Assembly (NCBI GenBank): GCA_977017645.1
Contig: OZ360229.1
Span: 89,528,001 to 89,592,000, forward strand
Length of the DNA: 64,000 bases
Source: Torpedo marmorata
Lineage: Eukaryota
Direction: 5' to 3'
Position numbers and translations under genes: made by a program. Under the pieces are notes generated by a model, which was given only the letters and a program-made list of their open reading frames with translations, did no database searches and was not told the origin of the DNA. Below are positions 25,146-37,861 of the stretch, piece by piece. Position 1 is the first letter of the stretch; every line of letters begins with the position of its first letter.

Positions 25146-27769
25146 GGAAGGATAGAAGAATGAGAATTAATTTTATTTTTGAAATATATTAGATTCCAAG
25201 GAGGATTCACAAGATGGAAGTTGAAAGTGAGTGCATCTAAAACAGTATTTCAGAATAAGATGTTTTCCATTTAAGAGAGTGAAGAAGAAAAACCTCTCAA
25301 AGGATTAAGACTCTTAAATTCTCTGTTCCAGAAACCACAACACCTGAAGAAATGTTGTGAATAGTTCCACCATGGAATCAAGCCGGGCAAATAAAGGAAA
25401 ATCAAGCAACAGGATCATATCTGGAGCCCATTTCCTGACAGGCCTTAAAGTGGGCTCACTTTGACTCTGGTGATAATGTGAATAAAGTATGAACGATGAC
25501 ATCCTTATCTCCTTAAAATGAGAGTTAATGAGATCAGGCTTCATCGCTGGGCCCAAAAGAAGTCGGGTTCTACACAGGACTTCCTTCAAAATCACAGGAA
25601 ATAGATTTCAAATCACATAACATCTCCACCTTGTAGCTGGCAGAATCACTGAATAGACACTTCACATCAGCTCATTTTTATTTAGTGACTTTAGTGATCA
25701 TCTCATTGATCAAATCTGTCAAACATTAATTTTAAAAAAATAACTCCCCTGAAGGAATCAAAAATGAAAACTGAAAAGTTTGATCACTCAAAATAAATGC
25801 AGACAGAAACTTAAAAATCTAATTCCTACATCGTCAACATCACTCAAAATACAAATGGAAATTGAAACTCATGTTGGACTTTGCCATCATTATTAGTCAC
25901 CTGAGAAAATATCAAAACATTAATGCAGGTGACAATGCACCATAAGAGAACAGAACATGTAATTAGTTAAGAACTAAATCGAAGCCTTTTTACTTTGATA
26001 CCACAAAGATCATACTTCACTAACAGAAATTACACACTTCAGTTTATTTTCACTTATTGGAAAGAAACGGAATACACTTTCTGGGTACCGGTAATTACAT
26101 TTAGCTTTATACATTCTAATAGACTGACATTACACCGAGCAAGTCCAGGCTTGTTCAGATTAGTTTTCCATTGTAAGGAATTCAAGCTTACAGGGAACAA
26201 AGGCTCTGCCTGCCAGCCAGCCTACTTGAGGCAAGACGACTATCTAACAGAAGTCCATAATGGTTCTTAAGACACTTGCACTGACACTATCCTCTTTTCA
26301 CATGGTAACCTAACTGAACATTACAAATTATGCAACTTAATTTAGATCCTACTCTGTCTGGAGCAATCTTCAAGATATTACGATAAAACAGATCATCAGA
26401 AGTTCATCCTCAGTCACATGCACTAAACATACAACAGGGTATGTTGTATTGAGATCATTGAAATTGATCTCAATTTCAGAAAGTTGGTGATACTGAACTT
26501 TTTTGGGTTCTATTTTGTACAAGGGATCGTAATTCGATTGGAACACTGCCCATTTCAGCCTCTTGGCATCAAGTGATCCCAGTTCAGGTACTGCATAATT
26601 AAACACAGATCAATGTTTCCTTCATTCTTTGAATAAACTTAATCACTTCCAGAGAAAGTGTAAATACCCTAAACCAATATGGCTGTTTACATTTGCCACA
26701 AAAACTAACCCTTGGCCTAAAACAAGGACAAAAATGCAAACATGTTTTCAAAGTTTTATTTGGACAAATGCATCCACCTGAGGCAAACACCCAATCATCC
26801 CTGTGGTAAATTAGCTCGCTTTCAAATTCAGTTTAGTATTGCTCAGTTACAACACATTTTTACAATTCAGACTGATTCCAAAGCAAAGCAGTAACTCTGA
26901 AGAGGAAAGGGTCTCACTCCATTTCCCTACTCCATCATATGCAGGGAAAATTCAACCTGGCTTACAAACATTCCACGATCTTTGTAAATCCATCAAGCCA
27001 TAGTTTAAATATTTAAAGTCGTGCATCTCAAATATTTAAATTTTCATCCACTGGAAGACAGCTACGTCCAGACATGAACATAACGCTTCTAGGTATGGCT
27101 GTCCAATTTCAGTCAAACATTGTGAACACTTTTCCACCTGGGTTGAACTGTAATTGCAAAGCAATTTCCAGCTCTCAAATAAAGTTGTAAACCAAATTGT
27201 AGTTACTAACTGTTGTGTTTCATTCATCACTTTTTTTATAACAAATACTGCATGCTCTCCATTCTACTTTTGCAGTGTTATCAAGTTTTTTAAAAATGCC
27301 CAAGTTCAAAAATGTCTTTCATTCAATAAATTAACGAATTTATGGATCTCATTTACAAAGGAGGAACAACCAGTGTTTTACTAAGCAAATAAAACTGTCC
27401 TGTTAAAATGATGCTTGAAACAAAATCAAACTGAGACTTTCTGAAAATGACAGCAATAACGTTGGCATTTTTATACAATTAATTTGAGTTCTATTTGAAC
27501 AGTTGTATATTCTCTGAATGCATGCTTTAATTGGTTCAAAGTAAAGACATGCACTGGAAGTAATAATTCAGTTAGAAATCAGTTGGATCACATCAAAGCC
27601 AATTAATTTATTGCTCAAATTCTGTTAACATTTCACAGAACAAATATGTGCAAACATCACTTTCTAGATAATAACACTTATTAAGGTGATTTAGATGATT
27701 ATACTACAGTAGTTATATTTATAGTTATGGATCAAACAAAGACAAATGAATAGTTTGGAATAATCCGTT

Positions 27770-29016
27770 ATGTGCGTGGAAAGTCATGTTTGACCAATCT
27801 TGTTGAATTTTCTGAAGAGGTGACTAGGAATGTTGATGAGGGTAGAGCAGTGGATGTTGTCTATATGGACTTCAGTAAGGCCTTCGATAAGGTTCCGCAT
27901 GGGAGGTTAGTTAGGAAGGCTCAGTCGTTAGGTATTAATTTGGAGATAGTCAATTGGATTCAACAGTGGTTGGAAGGAAGATGCCAGAGAGTAATAGTGG
28001 ATAATTGTTTGTCAGGATGGAAGCCAGTGACAAGCGGTGAGCCTCAGGGTTCGGTATTGGGACCATTGCTGTTTGTCATATACATTAATGATCTGGAAGA
28101 TGGAGCGGTAAATTGGATTAGTAAATATGCCGATGATACTAAAATAGGGAGAATTGTGGATGAAGAGGGTTTTCAAGGATTGCAGAGGGATGTGAACTGC
28201 TTAGAGAAGTGGGCTGAAAGATGGCAGATGGAGTTTAATGCTGATAAGTGTGAGGTGCTTCATTTTGGAAAGAATAATCAAAGCAAGACATACGTAGTAA
28301 ATGGGAGGGCATTGAAGAATGCAGTGGAGCAGAAAGATCTTGGAATAACGGTGCATTGTTCCCTAAAAGTAGGATCGCATGTGGATAGGGTGGAGAAGAA
28401 GGCCTTTAGTATGCTTGCCTATATAAATCAATGCATAGAATATAGGAGTTTGGAAGTGATGATGAAACTGTACAAGGCATTGGTGAGGCCAAATTTGGAG
28501 TACTGTGTGCAGTTCTGGTCACCAAATTATAGGAAGGATATCAACAAAATAGAGAGAGTGCAGAGAAGATTTACAAGAATGTTGCCTGGGTTTCAGCATC
28601 TGGAATTCAAAGAAAGATTGAACAAATTAGGTCTTTATTCGTTGGAACGTAGAAGGCTGAGGGGAGATTTGATAGAGGAATTTAAGATTATGAGGGGGAA
28701 AGATAGCGTTGATGTGGATAGACTTTTTCCATTGAGAGTAGGAGAGATGGATACAAGAGGTCATGGGTTGAGAGTTGACGGGAAAAGGTTCAGGAGTAAC
28801 ATGAGGGGGAACTTCTTTACTCAGAGAGTGGTTGATGTGTGGAGGCTGGGTCAATTCTGTCAAAAATTGGATACCGGTAGGTATATGGATGGGAGGGGAA
28901 TGGAGGGATATGGGAAGGGTGCTGGTAGGTGGGATTAGAGGAGGGTACTTGGATCGGTGCGGACTAGAAGGGCCGAACTGGCCTGTTTCCGTGCTGTAGT
29001 TGTTATATGGTTATGT
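27770..29016 (+). mobile_element. 5'-truncated CR1 (HER1-like) LINE with a nearly open RT frame (27772-28938)
   Basis: SCLTNL, YMDFSKAFDKVPH, PQGSVLGPLLF, KYADDTK and LVRPNLEYCVQFWSP. Tail GTTATATGGTTAT. Possible 7-bp TSD GTTATGT (27767, 29010). Confidence 0.95.
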
Positions 29017-29208
29017 TCCTCATGCTGAAATTCCAAGTAGAAATATCCCAACCAATTTTTAAGATATCACACTTTTAGTACTCCATGTTTTAGAAAATGT
29101 AATATTATAACTAAATAGATGTTCAGAACCAGAAGCCCATCTACAATTTTAAAATTGTGTCTGAAAAAAAGTCACACTAAGGGCCAATAATGCCTCCAGG
29201 TCCCACTT

Positions 29209-32200
29209 TTTTTTTTTTTTTAATATTTTATTTAAATTTTTAAATCACACATTACATAATATAAATTTGCATATAATTCTTTAAAAAAATTACATGTGAT
29301 TACATTTTCTCCCCCCTCCTTCCCACCCTCCCCTCCCTAACCCCTATATCCCCCTAGTCTAAATTTAAAATAAAATAAAATAATAAAAGAAAAAAGAAAA
29401 GAAAAGATAGAAAAATAGAGTGAGGAGTCAATAAGCTTAAAAACTAATATATCTTAGAGGTTATTTCGCCAGCGGATCTGATATCCAGAGAATTTACAAT
29501 GTTAAACCCATAATCCTCATGTATGGGCCCCAAATTTTCAAAAAGAAATAATATTTATTTCGTAAATTATAAGTAATTTTTTCTAATGGTATACATGACC
29601 GTAACTCTGCATGCCATCGCTCTAAATTTAAATCAACATCCGATTTCCAAGTAATAGCTATACATTTTTTCGAAACTGCTAATACTATACGTAAAAATTC
29701 TACTTGATACATATTTAATCTATGTCTAATACTAAATTTTTTAATATCTCCAAATAAAAATAACATAGGATCCATTGCAATTTCAACATTAAAAATTCTT
29801 TCTAAAAAATTCTTAACTTTCAACCAAAAATCTTGAATTTTTGAACATGACCATGTGCAATGTACAAAAGATCCTATTTCAGTTTTACATCTAAAACACA
29901 TATCTGATAACGCTAGATTAAATTTTTTTAATTTTTTAGGTGTCAAATACAATTGATGAAAAAAATTATATTGTAATCTATATCTCACATTAATAACTTT
30001 TGTCATACTTAATTTACATAAATCTTTCCAATGATTTTCATCTATATTAACATTCAAATCTAATTCCCATTTCAATCTAGACTTATGCACTCCTACTTTA
30101 GACATCTTTCTTTGAAACAACTTATACATTTGTGATATAAATTTATTAACATTGACTTTAGTAATTAATAATTCCAATTCATTTTGCCTTGGTGCTATTA
30201 ACTCATTCCCTAATCTCTCAATCAAAAAAGCTTTAACTTGAAAATAAACTAACATTGTATTATCCAATATATTAAATTTTTCTTTTAACCTCTGGAAAGT
30301 AATAAATCTACCTGCTTCAAAACAATCTTTTAAAGTCTTAATTCCCTTTAAAAACCATAACTTAAGTAACTGATTATCCATAGAAAATGGTAAAAGCGGA
30401 TTCTGATATATTGGTGTATTTAAAGAAATTAATCCTTTTTGACCTATCTCTGTCTACTTGTGACCAAATTTCCAACAAATGTTTAATAATTGGTGTATTT
30501 TTCTTTTTAAGTAATAATAATTTAGAATTCCATTTATAAATAATATCTTCTTTATGTATTTCTCCCATATTATTCAATTCTATATTAATCCAAGCAGAAG
30601 ATTTATTTAAATCAAAGAATTCATTAATAAATTTTAATTGAGCCACTTTATAATAATACTGAAAATTAGGAAGTTGTAACCCTCCCATCTCATAATTCCA
30701 TGTTAATTTATCTATACTTACTCTTGCCAACTTTCCTTTCCATAGAAATTTCCTAATAATAAATTTTAAATCTTTAAAAAATTTATTTGGAATACCATAA
30801 GGAATCGATTGAAAAAGATATTGAATTCTTGGAAAAACATTTTAATACAATTTACTCTTCCCATCAAAGTTATAGGTAAATCTTTCCAAAGCTCTAAATC
30901 TTTTTTTATTTTCATAAATAAAGGAATATAATTTAATTTATACAAATTCTCTAATTTTGTATCAATTTTAACTCCCAAATATTTAATACTCTCTAAAGTC
31001 CATCTAAAATCTGTAACTTCTTTACATCTAGTATAATCCCCTTGGGATAAAGCTAAATTCTCACTTTTATCTGAATTAATTTTATATCCTGATATCTTAC
31101 CATATTCTGTCAATATATTGGCCAATTATTGAAGCGATTTAACAGATTTCGTCATATATATTAATACATCATCTGCAAACAAACTAATCTTATGTTCTTC
31201 CCTACCTACTTTTATTCCCATTATATTTATATCTTCTCTAATCATTTCTGCTAAAGGTTCTATTACCAAGACAAACAAAGCAGGTGACAAAGGACATCCC
31301 TGTCTTGTTGATCTTGATAACAAAAATTTTTGTGATATTTGTCCATTTGTAACTACTTTAGCCGTAGGTTCCTTATATATAGTTTTAATCCAATTTATAA
31401 AATTATCTCCGAATCCAAATTTTTCCAAAACTTTAAATAAAAAATTCCACTCTACTCTATCAAATGCCTTTTCTGCATCTAATGTTACCACCAATGGTAA
31501 ATCTTGTTTCTTCTTATTTATATTAATCAAACTTATCAATCTAGCTATATTATCTTTCGAATATCTATTTTTAATAAATCCAGCTTGATCTGAATGAATT
31601 AAATTTGGTAAATACTTAGCTAATCTATTCGCTAAAATTTTTGCCATTATTTTATAATCAACATTTAATAATGAAATAGGTCTATAAGACTCAGTTTTCA
31701 ACACATCTCTATCCTTCTTTGGTATAACCGTAATTATAGCATTTAAAAATGTCTTTGGTAATAAATGAGTTTCAGTAACTTGATTCAATACCTCCATATA
31801 TAAAGGTATCAATAAATCTTTAAATTCTTTATAAAATTCTACTGGAAACCCGTCATCCCCCGGAGATTTGTTACTTTTCAACGTCGATATTGCATCCGTA
31901 ACTTCTCTCATCGTAAAAGGTAAATCTAAAGAATATTTACTTTGAACATTCAGTTTAGGTAAAGTAATTCTAGATAAAAATCTATTAATCTTCATATCAT
32001 CATGATCAATCTCAGATCTATATAAGTTCTGATAATATTCTTTAAAAGACTCATTTATTTCTTGTGGCTTATAAGTTATTTCTCCAGTATTTCTCTTCCT
32101 TATAGCATTAATAGTTTTAGAAACTTGTTCTTTTTTCAATTGCCATGATAAAACTTTATGTGCCTTTTCCCCTAATTCATAATATCTTTGTTTTGTTCTC

Positions 32201-32741
32201 GTTATCAACTTTTCAGTCTTACGTGTTTGTAATAAATTATAATGTAATTTCCTCCTTACTAAACGATTCCTCTTAAGAATAGACTTATTTCTCTGTAAAT
32301 CCTTTTCCATAAATTCAATTTCCTTCTCTAGTTTTTCCTCTTCTTTCAAATAGTCTTTTTTTATCTTTACTGAATAACTTATTATTAAACCTCTTAAATA
32401 AGCTTTCAAAGCTTCCCATACCATAAATTTATCATTAACCGAATTATTATTTATTCTTAAAAATTCCTGTATTTCTCGTCTCATATATTCACAAAAATCC
32501 TTTCTTTTCAATAAAAAAGAGTCAAATCTCCAATTATATACAGTTTTTTCCTTCTCTGGAATTATACATGTCATTAATAAAGGTGAATGATCCGAAATTA
32601 TTCTTGCTTTATAAGATATCTGTGTTATTCTATCCTGAACTTGTGAAGATAATAAGAACAAGTCAATCCTAGAAAAAGAATGATGTCTAAATGAATAAAA
32701 TGAATAATCTTTCTCTCTAGGTTTCAACTTTCTCCAAATAT
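29209..32741 (-). mobile_element. 5'-truncated L1-clade LINE (end of endonuclease, RT, Cys motif), with frameshifts and a stop
   Basis: SRIDLFL..SDHSP, YRPISLLNVDYK, LDAEKAFDRV, RQGCPLSPALF, LFADD and CFRC..E.GSFVHCTWSC. Poly(A) tail. 14-bp TSD TCCAGGTCCCACTT (29195-29208, 32742-32755). Confidence 0.96.
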
Positions 32742-32799
32742 TCCAGGTCCCACTTGGCAACTTTATTAAGTAAGCAAATAAATATTTTGATAGGCTTAC

Positions 32800-32977
32800 C
32801 ATCGTTTCCCATCGAAGAAAGTATCTTCTCTCGCTCCTCCCATGGCAAGGCACTCAGGGTAGGCATGTCATCAGGAAACACCGCCCTTTTGCGACCAAGT
32901 GCGACAGCAGCCCGTCTGCAAACGTGCTTTATACGAGGGCCTGGTATTGAGGTTTCCGAAGAATCACTTTCTTGACC
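32800..32977 (-). CDS. KMT2A: KMT2A exon 4 equivalent
   Basis: 178 nt, AG/GT. GQESDSSETSIPGPRIKHVCRRAAVALGRKRAVFPDDMPTLSALPWEEREKILSSMGND. Confidence 0.98.
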
Positions 32978-33144
32978 CTAATATAATCAACAAAATATTA
33001 GAACAGATAATTCAGAGAGATGGAGGTAAAAGATAACGCTGGATGCTTTTCATTGTGCATGCAAACCCAGGTGATAATAATGTATAGTATTAATCCCAAT
33101 CTTCTTTGTCAAAGACTTCCTAAAAAGGCCTCTGAACATATTTG

Positions 33145-33210
33145 ACACAGAAATAATGTCATATCAGAAACAATAACACAGAAATAATGTCATATCAGAA
33201 ACAATAACAC
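33145..33210. repeat. Perfect 31-bp tandem duplication
   Basis: ACACAGAAATAATGTCATATCAGAAACAATA x2 plus ACAC. Confidence 0.95.
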
Positions 33211-33933
33211 CTATTCACTGGCAATCATCAATTGTCAATCTCTAACAATATTAAAATTTTATTTTTTCAATATTCATTCTCAGGGTGTACCATTGCCAAA
33301 GTCAGCATTTCTTCCTTATCCTGAAAAGGGCCTTGAGAAAATGGTTGTGATGAGCCTATTCAACAACTACTGTACAGTTTTTGTGCCGAAGGAACACCCA
33401 TGGTGTTGTTAGGTAGGGAAATTCAGAAATTTAACCCAGTAACAATTCTGTGATGCACCAATTGGCCCACCAAGATAATAACTGGCATGATTGTATCATC
33501 ACAATTACATAAACTGCATCTTTACAAAGCTTGATAGTTAGAAACCAGCAAAATAGAATATTCTCTTTGAATGTGGACAAACCCATCAATACACAAGAAA
33601 GACAAGACAGCACATGGTATTTGAGTAAAGGTTCATCAGTTCAATCCCTTATCAGGAAATAACCATGGGATGTATTTGTAGCTAAAATCATGCTGATCTC
33701 TTCCAAGAAGCCAACTCAGGTCTGATGAAGGAATCATGTGAAGAGATCTCCTACCTTCCACAATGTTAAATAGTCTGTGGAACCCTAAATTATCACACTT
33801 GTCGGTATCATTGGGGAGAAGGATGAGGAGGATGGAGGGTTAGAGAAGACGATTGTCTGGAATACACACATTAGGAAATCAGAAATGTTTGAGATATTGG
33901 CACACTAAGTTGGACAAATCCCCAGCACCTGAA

Positions 33934-34180
33934 GGGCGGCACGGTTAGCGTAGCGGTTAGCGCAACGCTGTTACAGCGCCAGCGATCGGCACCGGGGTTC
34001 GAAACCAGCGCTGTCTGTAAGAAGTTTGTAGTTTTCCCCATGTCTGCGTGGGTTTCCACCAGGTGCTCTGGTTTCCTCCCATTGTTCAAGAACGTACCAG
34101 GGGTTGTAGGTCAATTGGGTGTAATTGGGCGACACGGGCTCGAAAGGGCTTGTTACTGTGCTGTATTTCTAAATTTCAAA
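33934..34180 (+). mobile_element. V-SINE (HE1-like)
   Basis: Same head, V-domain and tail as the copy at 4713. Confidence 0.9.
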
Positions 34181-34184
34181 AAAG

Positions 34185-34795
34185 TCTATACCAGGATTCA
34201 ATGGGAAGCAATAGAGAAGATAACTGGGGCTGATAAGCATTTTTGCATCATCTTTAGCCACAGGGGAGGTACCAGTAGACTGGAGGGGAGCTAATATTGT
34301 TCCCAAATTCAAGAAAGGCAGTAGGGATAAGCCAAGAAACAATAGGCCAAGAAGCCTCCACATCCTTCCTGTAATGGGAAAACAAAATTACACACATAGC
34401 CAGGGATTGTTCTCCAGAGACTGAGGGGTGATTTTACAGAAGTTTATACAATTATGAATGGTAAAGATAGGGTAGGTGATCTTTTTCCAAGGGCAGCAGT
34501 GTCTAAAACTAGAAGAAAAAGATTCAAGATGAGGGGGAAATATTTAAAGGAGATCTGAGGGGCAAGTTATTTTTCCCCACAAAGAAGGTGGTGGGTGTAT
34601 GAAACAAGCTGCCAAAGGAAGTGGTAGAGACCGATACCAAAGGAGTTTTAAAAAATTAGGCCGGTACAGGTACAAAAGAATCAAGTAATATGGGCCAAAT
34701 GCAGGAAACTGGGATTAGCGTAGTTAGGTATTTTGGTGAGTATGGGTGAGTCAGGTCAAATGGCCCTTTGCCATATTGTATGACTCTATGACTCC
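34185..34795 (+). mobile_element. Degraded, internally deleted CR1 LINE
   Basis: GACTGGAGGGGAGCTAATATTGTTCC (DWR.ANIVP), AGACTGAGGGGTGAT and a TATGACTCTATGACT tail. Confidence 0.75.
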
Positions 34796-35622
34796 ATATC
34801 TATGTGAAAATAGGAGGAACAAGGAGAAAGTAAGATTTCTTGACTGGACCTCGACAATTGCCAATGCTTCTTCTGCATCTTTCAAAAGACCTCCTTTGCA
34901 GTTACATGGAAAAGTAGAAATGTACAAGAATACAAAAAAAATTATACATGAACCACCAGAGCATTTTTGTCCATACATCTAAGAACAACAAAATCAGGTG
35001 CAAATTAATCAGGCATTTAATATTCTTTGCCTGAACCAAGTTTATTTTGATATCAGTGTAAGCAAACACAAGTTAACAGTGATCAATCACTAACTCATGG
35101 AACTTATTATATTTGGATTTGCCACTCAGTTGCCCTTAGTTAGTCTTAGCTAGCTGCCAAAGGAGTGCACAACTGCCAAGCATGCCAAATCGGACATTTG
35201 CTAATGTTTCATATATCTGATCAGAATCTCCCTCATCACACAATTCAAAATTGTCAGCCAAATATCAGGAAATCAGAATCCACTCTACTGAAGGGCAACA
35301 GTTTTTTTTTACCAGTCAGGATGCAGCCATAAGGACATGACTATGTCGGAAAAACTAAGAGACGAAGGAACAGCAAGTTGAATTTTAGATGTAACATGAT
35401 ATAAATTAATTCACAGATTTGGAGTGAAATATTATTTTATCTGTGATAGTGGCAGATGAGTGGGAAGTAGGATGGAGTTACTGACACAGACGAGTTTGTC
35501 AAGACAAAATTATGGTTGCAGGAAAGAGGGAAATGAGGTGACAATGGGATTTCTCCCAAGAGTCAGTATGGGTCCCACTTTCTCTTCCTGATTGTTACAA
35601 GATAAAATGGTACTAACTAGAT

Positions 35623-35843
35623 CAGCCATTCTCAACCTTTTTTCAGCTATGGCACCCCAGGACTCTGTTCAAAGTTTATGGGCCCCCTTCCCTGTGAAGC
35701 AGTCAAGTTCTGGTTCCTTCCGTACTTCTCTCCTACTGACTACATAAAAAATATGTTATGCGAAGTGAAAAGAGAATAAGCCTTTTACTTAAATGTGCTG
35801 TGGCCCCCAGGGAGGGCCATAGGGCCCCTGTTGAGAATGGCTG
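35623..35843. mobile_element. Non-autonomous hAT (Charlie-like) MITE
   Basis: 14-bp TIR CAGCCATTCTCAAC/GTTGAGAATGGCTG. 8-bp TSD AACTAGAT/GTCTAGAT (TCTAGA-type target). Confidence 0.87.
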
Positions 35844-35968
35844 GTCTAGATGGCCATCTCATGCTTCTGAGTGAATAGCTGCCTATCAGCCCAAAGAAGC
35901 CTTCATGCTACTAAGTCACGTGGTCTCTCTCTAAATACTGGTCAAACAAAGATTGGTCAGACTGGGAT

Positions 35969-36179
35969 TGTCTGATCTCAGAAGCTAAGCAGGCACAGGA
36001 CTGGTCAGTACTTGGAGGGGAGACCGACTAGGAACATCAGGTGCTGTAGGTTTCTGTGAGGGGCGCTGGACAAAATAGCGACCCTTTGTCTGCCTTACGG
36101 TAGACAAAAATTAAAGAATTTCATGTATGTTACATTCTAAATGTAGTATTACGTGACAATAATGGAACCTTTACCTTTA
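35969..36179 (+). mobile_element. 5S rRNA-derived SINE (SINE3-type) with LINE-like tail
   Basis: 35969-36053 matches the 3' two-thirds of vertebrate 5S rRNA (GTCTGATCTC.GAAGCTAAGCAGG...AGTACTTGGA.GGGAGACCG...GGTGCTGTAGG). The tail ends GACAATAATGGAACCTTTACCTTTA. Confidence 0.8.
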
Positions 36180-37861
36180 TCTCGCTGAGTGGACAGCTTT
36201 GGAAGTTTGGGGGGGGTAGGGGACAATATTTTAAACAGTAAACAGGTAGTTGCCAGATTTCACCCAAAATGTACTATAAATGTACCATTATCATCTTCTC
36301 AGCCACTGAGTGGGATCCATGCTCTGTTTTTATGGTCTATTTGTGGTTGCAACAGGTGGCAGATGCCAGTCATGTCTTCCTTATGGAAGTGCAGAAATGT
36401 GTCTTTGTTATTCTCAAAAGCTTTGGATGTAGATATTTTCTTTGAATATCCCAGGAAGAAATTGCTTCCTACCAAAATCTTTGGCGGCACCACCCTCTCT
36501 TCTCTCTCTCCCTTTCCGAGAAGATTATTCTGATTTGGAGAATAAACCCTCAAGTTAGCAAAAAATTCAGCACATGCATATCACTGCTTGTAGAATTTCA
36601 GAGCCATGAAAAATGCAAAAGACTGACAATCATAGTAATTTCAGATTATATCAGTCACCAATTAATTTGCAAACCATTTATATTTCATTTAAATGGGCTC
36701 GGGCAACTGAAAGATGAAAGTGCAAAATTAGCTGGGGTGTTGAGCTTCAAAACTAGTGCCAGTATGCCAATGATAAAAGTATTCCATGAGCTTCCAATGG
36801 AAACATTATACAGATGCTTGCTCTGTCATCATAATATGGCCTCTAGAATAATATTTCCTGAAGAAAATACACACATGACAAAAAAAAAATTGAGCTGTGA
36901 GCACCTTGTAACACACAAAAATAAACCACCCAATAGGACATGACTTCCAGAGATTACATTCAAATAAAATGTCATGACATGTAGGTGCTGGCTGCTGCAC
37001 TTGTATTAACATGCTGTAAAGAAATGATAAGGGCATGTCAAACAGGGTCACTGTCCTTCCATTTTCTTCACTGATATTTGAATGGCCAAATTTTTGTAAT
37101 TGGAATGTCTCCCTGAGTACAAAATTAAAACCCAACTGCATACAGCCAATCTGAAATATGACTTGTGCTCACATACTTATTATCTTTTTCCATAAACTGC
37201 CAGATCAGAGGCATTTGCAGAAAAGTGGAAATTGATTTGCTTTGATGTACCAGACATGTGACATGAAAACATGTAGCAATACAAAGCAAACCACCCTGGG
37301 CTGCATGAAGTACTCAACTGGGTTCAGAGGCAAGAGAATGTAAATAAGATTCTAAATACACCTCACATCACTGAGAACTTTTCATTAACACACAAACTAT
37401 TCGCATACAGTAACACACCACAGAGTGGTGTTAATTGTTGTAAAATGTTTTAGTTAGACTCACTCTAAAGCAATTCTTCAAAGAGTAAATAACATTGGCA
37501 CTTGCAAGTTGCAATGAAAAGAAAGAGCAATAGTGTTAAGTGTGACGAAGCTATACTGGTTTGCCTTACAAGACTTCTTAAAGAAATTAATTACTCATAA
37601 CCATGAATCAAATAATAATATAAAAACTGAAATGGAATGAAACCAACTGATGAAGTATTTCTGATTTAAAAAGAGAGCATTTAAATGTTTTACTGAGGAA
37701 AAAAACGACACAAAAGGAAGATAAAGAGATCAGCTGCATTTTCAGAAGAAATTAAGCAACTATAGAATTAAAAGCAGTATTTAAATAGTGAAATGTTACT
37801 ATTTTCTTAAACAACGTAATTTAAAGATTAATAGATGATCCTTCTAAACAAAAAAAAGTAC

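Noticed and set aside
31126-32853. 575-aa ORF as a KMT2A-RT fusion protein
   Set aside because: The overlap with exon 4 is in a different frame from KMT2A. The rest is a truncated L1 ORF2 bounded by a TSD.
35969-36053. Functional 5S rRNA gene
   Set aside because: The 5' third is missing, there are many substitutions, and it is fused to a retroposon tail.
36096-36102. TACGGTA as an excision footprint
   Set aside because: It aligns without a gap to the family X tail (TGCAGCA), so it reflects substitutions rather than an insertion.
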